Shown in pieces: positions 1-8,092 of a stretch of DNA of 44,545 bases. Position numbers and translations under genes: made by a program. Numbering within the stretch: the first letter of the stretch is position 1; the number at the start of each line of letters is the position of its first letter. This DNA comes from Nitrososphaerota archaeon. Its GTDB lineage: Archaea; Thermoproteota; Nitrososphaeria; Nitrososphaerales; Nitrosopumilaceae. Location of the stretch: assembly GCA_002317795.1 (NCBI GenBank), contig NVWC01000004.1:54454-98998 (forward strand), in the 5' to 3' direction. Below the pieces are notes generated by a model that did no database searches, had not been told where the DNA came from, and worked only from the letters and a program-made list of their open reading frames with translations.

Positions 1-917
1 GAAATTAATTCAGGTGGAGTCATATCAAATGCAGGATTTATCACTTTGATATCATCGGGTGCAGTTTTTTTATCACCAATTCCAGTCACTTCACTCCCTT
101 TTCGCATCTCAATTATCACATCTTCTGCTTTGGTTTCCAAATCAATTGTAGATAATGGAGCTGCAACATAAAATGGAATTCCGTGTTGTTTTGCCATTGT
201 TGCAATCTGATATGTTCCAATTTTGTTAAAGACATGGCCAGTTTTTACAATTCTATCAGCTCCCACTATTACTTTATTCACTAATCCGTTTGCCATTGAA
301 TATCCAACTGCAGTATCAGGAATCAAACTAACATCAAAACCATCATGTTTTAACTCAAATGCAGTTAACCTTGAACCTTGTTGAATTGGTCTAGTCTCAG
401 TTGCAATTACTTTAACATTTTTACCACTTTCTCTAGTTGCACGAATAACACCTAATGCTGTACCATATGCTACAGTTGCTAATGCTCCAGCATTACAATG
501 AGTCATGATAGTATCATTGTTATCAAAAAGAACAGAACCATTTTTTCCCATAGTTTTGTTAATTTCAATATCTTCTTCTGCCATTTTTTTAGCTTTAGAA
601 ATAACTAATTCCTTAATTTGTTCTATGGAATTTCCGGACTTTGCAACATTCATGATTTTATCTAATCCCCATCCCAAATTTACTGCAGTAGGTCTAGTTT
701 CAAAGAGAATTTGTTTTGCTTTTTCTAAATATGAAATTAATTCATCTTTTGTGCTTGCATTACTTTGTAATACTGCCAATGCCAATCCAAATGCTCCAGA
801 AACTCCAATTGCAGGTGCGCCTCTAACTACAAGTGTCTTAATTGCATTTGCAACTTGAACATAATTATCATATTCAATAAAAACAAGTTCGGTAGGAAGT
901 TTAGTTTGATCAATCAT
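1..917 (-). CDS. mtnA: S-methyl-5-thioribose-1-phosphate isomerase / aIF-2B-I (eIF-2B alpha/beta/delta) family protein; 3' end cut by window edge
   Basis: Not in the ORF track because it runs off the window. My minus-strand translation reads MIDQTKLPTELVFIEYDNY..KTLVVRGAPAIGVSGAFGLALA..TIMTHCNAGALATVAYGTALGVIRA..GADRIVKTGHVFNKIGTYQIATMAKQHGIPFYVAAP..NPAFDMTPPELI. Family hallmarks are present (DQxxLP, VRGAPAIG, THCNAG, GADRI..NKIGT). The first canonical start is ATG at 917-915. Conserved N-terminal residues lie upstream without a start codon (see finding). Confidence 0.8.
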   Translation of the reverse strand, partial: MIDQTKLPTELVFIEYDNYVQVANAIKTLVVRGAPAIGVSGAFGLALAVLQSNASTKDELISYLEKAKQILFETRPTAVNLGWGLDKIMNVAKSGNSIEQIKELVISKAKKMAEEDIEINKTMGKNGSVLFDNNDTIMTHCNAGALATVAYGTALGVIRATRESGKNVKVIATETRPIQQGSRLTAFELKHDGFDVSLIPDTAVGYSMANGLVNKVIVGADRIVKTGHVFNKIGTYQIATMAKQHGIPFYVAAPLSTIDLETKAEDVIIEMRKGSEVTGIGDKKTAPDDIKVINPAFDMTPPELI

Positions 918-1061
918 TACAACTTTATTATTTTTCCATTCAACTGTTCTTAAAGAAGAATCAATAGTTTCAGGTTCCACATTAAAGAAAAATTTAATTC
1001 CTTATTTATAATGACAGAATCATTAAGGTTGAACTGATATACCCCCAAAATATTATTTAGT

Positions 1062-2075
1062 ATGTTGATAAATTTAACAGAATTACAAAAAATTGATTCA
1101 AAGAAAATATATCAAGTTTATGATATGTGGCCTAAAATTGCACGAAATTCATATGAATATAATTGGGGATCAGTAAAATATGAAAATATAAACCACATAG
1201 TTTTTGCAGGAATGGGGGGTTCAGGTTCAGTTGGGGATATTTTTTCATCAATATTATCAAAAACAAATCTCTATGTTTCAGTTGTTAAAGGGTATATCTT
1301 ACCAAAAACAGTAGATAAAAATTCTTTAGTGATATGTACTAGTGTTTCAGGAAATACCGTTGAAACATTATCCATTTTAAATCAAGCAAAAAATTTGAAT
1401 TGTAAATTAATTGCATTTTCATCTGGTGGAAAAATTGAAGAATTTTGTAAATCTAATAAAATAGATTACAGAAAAATTTCACAATTTAATTCACCAAGAG
1501 CATCATTGACAAGTTTTGTATATTCAATGCTAAAGATATTGGAATTTATTCTCCCGATAACAAAAGAGGAAGTAATTGAATCAATTATAAGTTTAGAAAA
1601 AACAGAAATTGAAATATCATCTAATAATTTAACAGAATCAAATCAGGCATTAAATTTGGCAAAATGGATTTCAGGAATCCCTTTAATTTACTATCCTTGG
1701 GGCCTACAAGCTTCTGCAATAAGATTTAAAAATTCTCTTCAAGAAAATGCAAAAATGCATGCATTATCTGAAGACGTTATTGAGGCATGCCATAATGGAA
1801 TTGTTGCATGGGAAAAAAAGTCTGTAATTCAACCTATCTTGATTAAAGGTGATGAAGATAATATAAAAACAAAAGAAAGATGGAGGATTTTATCACAGTA
1901 TTTTGATGAAAGAAAAATTAAATATTATGAAATTCATTCAATTAAAGGTAATATTCTTTCCAAATTAATTAATTTAATATATTTATTTGACTATTCTTCC
2001 ATCTACAAAGCAATATTAGATAAAGTTGATCCAACACCTGTTTCATCAATTGATTATGTAAAAAAACAGTTATGA
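1062..2075 (+). CDS. Bifunctional phosphoglucose/phosphomannose isomerase (archaeal-type SIS-domain PGI/PMI)
   Basis: 337 aa. SIS motifs 'FAGMGGSGSVGD' and 'VICTSVSGNTVET'. The length and C-terminal region fit the PGI/PMI family. Confidence 0.7.
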   Translation: MLINLTELQKIDSKKIYQVYDMWPKIARNSYEYNWGSVKYENINHIVFAGMGGSGSVGDIFSSILSKTNLYVSVVKGYILPKTVDKNSLVICTSVSGNTVETLSILNQAKNLNCKLIAFSSGGKIEEFCKSNKIDYRKISQFNSPRASLTSFVYSMLKILEFILPITKEEVIESIISLEKTEIEISSNNLTESNQALNLAKWISGIPLIYYPWGLQASAIRFKNSLQENAKMHALSEDVIEACHNGIVAWEKKSVIQPILIKGDEDNIKTKERWRILSQYFDERKIKYYEIHSIKGNILSKLINLIYLFDYSSIYKAILDKVDPTPVSSIDYVKKQL

Positions 2076-2143
2076 AAAATCATGTTAGAATTTAAAAATC
2101 TAATTAATATTAATCATAAAAAATTTAGGAGAAAGTAAAACCA

Positions 2144-3259
2144 ATGTATAAAATTCAAATTCTCACAAATATCAATGGAGTTGAATGGAATAATGAATTA
2201 CTTCAAAGTAATTATTCTACATTTTATCAAACATTTGAATATCTCAAATTTAATACAAATCAAGACTCTTTTCCAGTTTATATTAATATTTTAGATGATG
2301 ATGAAAAAAATGTAGGTCAACTTGGAATATTAATTATTAAAACAACGGCATTATATGGAAATCCATTTTTTCGAAAAATATTAAAAATTATTTCTAGTAT
2401 TTCAACTAGAGGAGTTTGGTTATATGGTCCTATCATTCATTCAAAAGAAAAAGAAAAAAGGAAAGAAATTCTAAAAGAAATTATTAAGGCAACTCAAAAT
2501 ATTTTAGAAAAATATAATCTTGTATTCATAGAGGGATATACTTCCCCATTAGATAATATGATGGATGAAGATTTCATTAATGAGTATAAAAAAAATGGAT
2601 ATTCTGAAAGAAAATATATTACTTTCATTACTAATTTGAGAGAACCCATAGAAGAAATATGGAAGAATGTACAAAGATATACAAAAACAAATGTAAAGAG
2701 AGCAATAAAAAGAGGAATTTTAGTTAAAAAACTAGAAACATTTGATGAGGCCAAAGAAAATTTATTACTTTTTCAAAAATGGTCAAAAACAAAAGGACTT
2801 ACAATATCAAATTTAAATCAAGAACTTGAAAAATTTTGGATGCGGCATAATAATGGATTCGAAAAAACTTTTCTAGCATACAAAAACCAGCAATTAGTTT
2901 CTAGTATTACAATTAGTTGTTTTAATGATATAATAATTCCATTACAAGTAATTAATTCATATTCTATAGATGCAAGGAATTTGGCAGGGCCTGCACTTAC
3001 ATGGCAAGCGATAAAAGAATCAAAAGAATCTGGTTTTAGAATTTATGATATCACAGGTGGTCCCGAATTATCTGAAAATGAAGATGATCCAGATAATACA
3101 CGTCCATTAACACATTATAAAAGAAAATGGGGAGGAGTAAAACATACACACTATCATTTTTTAAAAATTCAGAAAAAATTATCGTATAGGATATATGAAA
3201 AATTATTTAGAATGGTTAGATGGTATCACAATCATTCTAGGGAAAAACAGATTGACTAA
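2144..3259 (+). CDS. FemAB-like / GNAT-fold (acetyltransf_6-like) acyl- or aminoacyl-transferase, function unknown
   Basis: 371 aa. The N-terminus 'W..L......FYQTFEY' and the C-terminal 'YDITGG....L..YKRKWGG' resemble the FemAB/CelD-like family layout. Motif-level resemblance only. Confidence 0.4.
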   Translation: MYKIQILTNINGVEWNNELLQSNYSTFYQTFEYLKFNTNQDSFPVYINILDDDEKNVGQLGILIIKTTALYGNPFFRKILKIISSISTRGVWLYGPIIHSKEKEKRKEILKEIIKATQNILEKYNLVFIEGYTSPLDNMMDEDFINEYKKNGYSERKYITFITNLREPIEEIWKNVQRYTKTNVKRAIKRGILVKKLETFDEAKENLLLFQKWSKTKGLTISNLNQELEKFWMRHNNGFEKTFLAYKNQQLVSSITISCFNDIIIPLQVINSYSIDARNLAGPALTWQAIKESKESGFRIYDITGGPELSENEDDPDNTRPLTHYKRKWGGVKHTHYHFLKIQKKLSYRIYEKLFRMVRWYHNHSREKQID

Positions 3260-3490
3260 TTAATATCAAAAACAGGTAATATCATAATTGTCACTATTCA
3301 TTAATTTAAAATCAGATCATAAAAAAATTATAGAAATTTGCAATAATTTGGATGCATCTAGTAAAATCTTTTGACCTTTGATTTAATGAATTTAATTATA
3401 TATAAAAATAAGAATTAAGTTAAATAATTTTTCTTCGAATATTATTTTTAGAAGAAACACTAAATTTCCAATTAGTTTTTAGATTTAATA

Positions 3491-4498
3491 TCATTTTAAT
3501 ATTTTTGGATAGTTAATTTTTAATAATCTATTTTGATGTGCGGATTTTCTCCCATATTCCATTATCAGAGCCTGTAAAAGTAAATCTTTTTCTTCATTAA
3601 ATATAATTTTAGTGTTAGTACAAATTTGTACAAAATTATTAATCATTTCTAAAAAATGATTATTTAAAGGAGCAAAATGCTCAAAAGTTTTATGTTGAGT
3701 AGTTATAGAGATTTTTGGTTTCATATTTGATGGAATGTTATATGCTCTAGAAATTTTCAAAAACCCTTTTTTACCCCAAACAGAATAAAAATTTTGATAT
3801 TCAAGTTCATAACCAACAGTTCCATGAGCAATCTCACCTTCATTAAATTTTAAAAACACTGAGGCTTTTGTATCAACTTGAAATTTTTTATCAATTTGAA
3901 GAGAAGTAAAAATTTCTTTTGGTTCTTTTTCAAATATTAATCTACTAGCACATATAGGATAACATGCTGCATCATTAAAAACGCCTCCTCCTAATTTTTT
4001 CTTATATCGTATATCAGATTTTGGTACATGTGGAAATCCATATTGTGAATAAAAAGAAAATAAATTTCCAATATTTTTTTTAATGAATTTTTTTATTAAT
4101 TTATGAGATGGATGGTATTTGAACATCAATCCTTCCATTAATCTTACATTATTTTTTTGAGTTGTATGAACCATCTTTTCTGCTGATTTGAATGATGTAG
4201 TTGATGATTTCTCACACAGAACATGTTTTTTTGCTTTGGCAGATTCCAAAACCCATTTCTCATGTAATCCTATTGGGGTAGATATGTATACTGCATCAAC
4301 ATTACTTGATGATAAAACATCTTCATATGTTCCAAAATTTTTACATTTAAATTTTGAAGCAAATTGTTTCGCTTTATTTTTGTTTCTACTACCTATAAAA
4401 ATTAAATTTGCATATTTAGATTTCTGAATTGCAGGGATGATGGAATCATTGGCAATATTTGAACACCCAATAATTCCAATGTTGATTTTTTTAATCAT
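3491..4498 (-). CDS. Gfo/Idh/MocA-family NAD(P)-dependent sugar oxidoreductase
   Basis: 335 aa. N-terminal Rossmann 'INIGIIGCSNIA' and an EKP-like 'VLCEKS' motif. The size is typical of the family. Confidence 0.7.
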   Translation of the reverse strand: MIKKINIGIIGCSNIANDSIIPAIQKSKYANLIFIGSRNKNKAKQFASKFKCKNFGTYEDVLSSSNVDAVYISTPIGLHEKWVLESAKAKKHVLCEKSSTTSFKSAEKMVHTTQKNNVRLMEGLMFKYHPSHKLIKKFIKKNIGNLFSFYSQYGFPHVPKSDIRYKKKLGGGVFNDAACYPICASRLIFEKEPKEIFTSLQIDKKFQVDTKASVFLKFNEGEIAHGTVGYELEYQNFYSVWGKKGFLKISRAYNIPSNMKPKISITTQHKTFEHFAPLNNHFLEMINNFVQICTNTKIIFNEEKDLLLQALIMEYGRKSAHQNRLLKINYPKILK

Positions 4499-4550
4499 AG
4501 ATGAAAATTCGATAAGAATAGTAATATTTTAAGTTAAATTTATTTTTAGA

Positions 4551-5222
4551 CTACCAGATAGTCCAACCACCATCAACTACAAAAGTAGAACCAGTAACAT
4601 ATGATGATTTAGATGAACAAAGATATTCAACAATTCCATTTAGTTCACTTTTTTTCATCATTCTTTTTAATGGAGTTAATTTCGAATAATTTTTTATAAA
4701 TTTTTTATTTTGGTTAAACTCTACACCTCCAGGTGCAATACAATTTACACGTATTTCCGGAGCTAGATGTGTTGACAGAAATTTTGTCATATTTATCACT
4801 CCTGCTTTTGAAATACTATATCCAATATGTTTATGTTCTCCATCATACAAATCAGGTCTTGCAGAAACAATTCCTGTAGAAGCTGAAAAATTAACAATTG
4901 TACATTTTTTATTATTTCTTGCAAATTCTCTACAGACAGAAAATAATGCCACAAGATTCACATCCATAAATTTTGAAAAAGATTCTAAAGTTATATCAAA
5001 AAGGGTTCCTCTTTTTTGATTTTTTTCCACATGATCATTTAATGCAAAACAATTTACTAACGCATTTCCTTTATTTTGTTTGAACCATTTTTTTACAAAT
5101 ACTTCATCTGTTAAATCATGTCCTAAAGCAAGATCAAGTCTTAGAATCGTGTGATTCTTTTCAAGATATTTAGATATTTCTCTTCCAAGAAGACCCTCAG
5201 AACCGGTTATTATTATCCTCAT
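4551..5222 (-). CDS. Short-chain dehydrogenase/reductase (SDR)
   Basis: 223 aa. Motifs 'IIITGSEGLLG', catalytic 'YSISKAG' (YxxxK) and 'NCIAPGGV'. Confidence 0.7.
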   Translation of the reverse strand: MRIIITGSEGLLGREISKYLEKNHTILRLDLALGHDLTDEVFVKKWFKQNKGNALVNCFALNDHVEKNQKRGTLFDITLESFSKFMDVNLVALFSVCREFARNNKKCTIVNFSASTGIVSARPDLYDGEHKHIGYSISKAGVINMTKFLSTHLAPEIRVNCIAPGGVEFNQNKKFIKNYSKLTPLKRMMKKSELNGIVEYLCSSKSSYVTGSTFVVDGGWTIW

Positions 5223-5232
5223 GATTTATCAC

Positions 5233-6114
5233 TTAGTCTTTTAGAGTAACCAGATTATATTTGTCTACATGTTTTTTTACAAATTCAAGATATTTTTTAC
5301 AGGTATTTTGAGGTTCAATCATTTTTTGGTCTTCTCTAGCTCCCTGTATTATTAACTGTCCATTGTAATTAATTTTTGTCAATGTTGAAAAGAATGAGTC
5401 AAAATCAGTATCTCCAGTTCCAAGTGGAACTGTATTTCCTTCATAGAGTCTGTCTTTGACATGAACATTTGTTAGCCAAGGTTTTATTGATTGAAGTTCT
5501 TCCTTAAGATCATATCCTAATGCAGTACTATTTCCAACATCATAGTTTGCACCAATTTTTTTTCCAAAATTTTTCAAGAGTTTTTTAAAGTCATTTGGTG
5601 GAAGATCTGTTTCAAGTGTAATTTTTACATTGTATGAGTTAGCAAAATCTACAATTTGTTGTAGATTTAAAACCATTTGTTCGGTATTTGATTTGGTTTT
5701 AAGGGAAGATGAATCTACAAACGGGATCTCTAATATTTCTATATCTAATTTAGAGCATCGTTGAATAAGTTTTTGAAGTAAATCAAGATTTTGTTTTAGA
5801 TCAGATTTTCCAACATTAAAAAGCATTTTTTGCATAAAATAATCTGCACATACTGCACTTATCATGACATCATATTTTTTTGAAAGAGACCTCATTTCTT
5901 CAAGTCCATCATCATGTAAAATTGGATTATTGTTAAGATCAAATATCCATTCAATAGAATCAAAACCACAAGTATTGGCTTTTTGAAATTCATCTTTCCA
6001 AAAATCACTTGGAAATGTTTGAATTTGCTTATTGATTTGTGGTGAAAGTCTTCCACTCATAATTCCTATATCTATTGGATTTTTTCTCATTATTTTAAAA
6101 TAAAGAAATAACAA
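5233..6114 (-). CDS. Xylose-isomerase-like TIM-barrel sugar(-phosphate) epimerase/isomerase (UlaE/SgbU-like)
   Basis: 293 aa. Motifs 'GFDSIEW', 'TLETD', 'NVHVKD' and 'GTGDTDF' match the metal-binding pattern of the AP-endonuclease-2/xylose-isomerase TIM-barrel family. The real start may be the Met at 6090 (MRKNPIDIGI...). Confidence 0.6.
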   Translation of the reverse strand: MLFLYFKIMRKNPIDIGIMSGRLSPQINKQIQTFPSDFWKDEFQKANTCGFDSIEWIFDLNNNPILHDDGLEEMRSLSKKYDVMISAVCADYFMQKMLFNVGKSDLKQNLDLLQKLIQRCSKLDIEILEIPFVDSSSLKTKSNTEQMVLNLQQIVDFANSYNVKITLETDLPPNDFKKLLKNFGKKIGANYDVGNSTALGYDLKEELQSIKPWLTNVHVKDRLYEGNTVPLGTGDTDFDSFFSTLTKINYNGQLIIQGAREDQKMIEPQNTCKKYLEFVKKHVDKYNLVTLKD

Positions 6115-6141
6115 TATTAATGATAACTAAAAAGCGGTATC

Positions 6142-6636
6142 ATGAATTCAAGTTTGGCTAAACGATGTTCAAAAATTAAACTTGTGATCACAGATGTAGA
6201 TGGAGTTTTGACGGATGGTGGGATGTATTATACAAATAAAGGGGATATAATGAAGAGATTTTTTGCCAGAGATGGAATGGGAGTAACACTACTCAAAAAG
6301 AAAAAAATTCTAACTTTAATAATTACAAAAGAAAAAACAGAGATGGTCAGACAGTGGGCTAAAAGAATGAAAATTGAAAAAATGTATGAGGGTATTATCC
6401 AAAAGGAATTAATTCTGGACAACATATGTAAAAAATTCAAAGTTAAACCAGATGAAATATCATACATTGGTGATGATGTTAATGATATAGAATTATTAAA
6501 AAAGGTAGGATTGGCTGCAGTTCCAAATGATGCAATTAATGAGGCCAAAAAAAATTGTCAGTACAAATGTAAAGCAGTCGGGGGGCATGGAGCTTTTAGA
6601 GAACTTGCAGATTTGATTCTATTAGAGAAATCATAA
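6142..6636 (+). CDS. KdsC-family HAD phosphatase (ulosonate-phosphate phosphatase: Kdo-8-P / KDN-9-P / Neu5Ac-9-P type)
   Basis: 164 aa. HAD motif I 'VITDVDGVLTDGGMYY' and motif IV 'IGDDVNDIELL'. The size and layout are typical of KdsC/YrbI. Confidence 0.8.
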   Translation: MNSSLAKRCSKIKLVITDVDGVLTDGGMYYTNKGDIMKRFFARDGMGVTLLKKKKILTLIITKEKTEMVRQWAKRMKIEKMYEGIIQKELILDNICKKFKVKPDEISYIGDDVNDIELLKKVGLAAVPNDAINEAKKNCQYKCKAVGGHGAFRELADLILLEKS

Positions 6637-6672
6637 TCAAAGGATTTATTCTAGTGATAAAGAGATTAAGTA

Positions 6673-7503
6673 TTGGTATTCATTACAGCAGAAATTGGCA
6701 TCAACCATAATGGCGATACTGATATTGCAAAACAGCTAATAGACATAGCAAAAGCTGCTGGCTGTGATGCCGTTAAATTTCAGAAAAGGACAATTACCAA
6801 GGTTTACTCTAAAGAAGTATTGGATTCTCCAAGAGAAAGTATGTGGGGTACTACTACACGTGATCAAAAACTTGGCCTAGAATTTAATGAGGAGCAATAT
6901 AACATAATTGATACATACTGCAAACAAAATGGAATAGAATGGTATGCATCATCATGGGATATTGATAGTCAATTATTTCTTAGAAAATATAATCTAAAAC
7001 ATAACAAAGTTGCATCAGCTATGATTACGAATCACAAGCTTCTTGAGATTATTGCTGAAGAAGAAAAATACACATTCATATCAACTGGAATGAGTACGAT
7101 TGACGAAATTAAAGAGGCAATTCAGATTTTTAAAAAGCATAACTGTCCATTTGAGTTGCAGCACAGTAACAGCTCATATCCAATGAAGATTGAAGAAGCA
7201 AACTTACGATGTATTGAGACCTTGAGGGAAGAGTTTGGATGTAATGTAGGGTATAGTGGACATGAGGCAATAGGTTACATCATTTGTGTTTCAGCAGTAC
7301 TTCTTGGTGCCACATCTATTGAAAGACACATTACGCTAGATAGATCCATGTATGGTTCTGATCAAGCTGCTTCACTTGAACCAGCAGGTATTATTCGTCT
7401 TGTAAGGGACATTAGAACGGTGGATAAAATCCTAGGTGATGGAGTTAAAAAAGTATGGCCATCAGAAGTACCTGTCATGAAAAAGTTAAGAGTGACAACA
7501 TAA
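6673..7503 (+). CDS. NeuB-family PEP-dependent ulosonate synthase, short form without C-terminal SAF domain
   Basis: 276 aa with a TTG start. Motifs 'FITAEIGINHNGD', 'AAGCDAVKFQKR', 'GYSGHE' and 'IERHITLDR'. It ends about 80 aa earlier than the paralog at 11955-13022. Confidence 0.8.
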   Translation: MVFITAEIGINHNGDTDIAKQLIDIAKAAGCDAVKFQKRTITKVYSKEVLDSPRESMWGTTTRDQKLGLEFNEEQYNIIDTYCKQNGIEWYASSWDIDSQLFLRKYNLKHNKVASAMITNHKLLEIIAEEEKYTFISTGMSTIDEIKEAIQIFKKHNCPFELQHSNSSYPMKIEEANLRCIETLREEFGCNVGYSGHEAIGYIICVSAVLLGATSIERHITLDRSMYGSDQAASLEPAGIIRLVRDIRTVDKILGDGVKKVWPSEVPVMKKLRVTT

Positions 7504-7519
7504 ATCGGTTCTTAATTAA

Positions 7520-8092
7520 ATGTCTAGAAATCAAATTAACAGAATTTTTGAGGATAGTATCAAAGTCATTTCAGAATCAAAAAAAATTTCCCCAGATATT
7601 GAAAAAGCAGTTGAATTGATAATAAAATGTTACAAAAAGAGTTGTAAGGTTGTTATTTTTGGCAATGGTGGCAGTGCTGCAGATGCTCAACATTTATCTG
7701 CAGAATTAATTGGTCGCTTTCAGCTTGAACGACAAAGTCTGCCTGCTATTGCATTGACTACAGATACTTCAATACTTACATCACTTGGAAATGATTACAG
7801 TTTTGACTATATTTTTGCAAGACAATGTGAAGCACTAGTGAAAAAAGGAGATGTAGTTATTGCGATATCGACTAGCGGAAAATCAAAAAATGTGTTGGAT
7901 GGAATTACAGCATCAAAGAAAAAAGGAGCACACATCATAGGATTAACTGGTTCCAAAGGAATTCTTATGAAAAAGGTGGTTGATTTACTGCTTGTAATTC
8001 CTTCAACGTCAACAGCTAGAATTCAAGAAGGTCACAGAGTTACCATACATGCAATTTGTGAATTGGTTGAGAAAAAATTCAAGAAAAACTAG
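7520..8092 (+). CDS. gmhA: GmhA-type SIS-domain sugar-phosphate (phosphoheptose) isomerase
   Basis: 190 aa. Motifs 'FGNGGSAADAQHLSAEL' and 'AISTSGKSKNV' are classic GmhA/DiaA family. Confidence 0.8.
   Translation: MSRNQINRIFEDSIKVISESKKISPDIEKAVELIIKCYKKSCKVVIFGNGGSAADAQHLSAELIGRFQLERQSLPAIALTTDTSILTSLGNDYSFDYIFARQCEALVKKGDVVIAISTSGKSKNVLDGITASKKKGAHIIGLTGSKGILMKKVVDLLLVIPSTSTARIQEGHRVTIHAICELVEKKFKKN

Noticed and set aside
505-858. 117-aa + strand ORF from the track
   Set aside because: It lies entirely antisense to the well-supported MtnA-like CDS. Its translation is low-complexity and hydrophobic with no motif. It is a shadow ORF.
969-979. GTG at 979-977 as the MtnA start codon
   Set aside because: On first reading it looked in frame. 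Careful re-reading shows it is in a different frame that terminates after 9 codons. An in-frame TGA at 969-971 also blocks extension of the gene frame.
3430-3457. Inverted repeat tttcttc/gaagaaa (7-bp stem, 14-nt loop) in the 231-bp convergent intergenic region, considered as a terminator
   Set aside because: The stem is short and AT-rich with a large loop. No adjacent T-tract lies in the right orientation. It is indistinguishable from chance in this composition.
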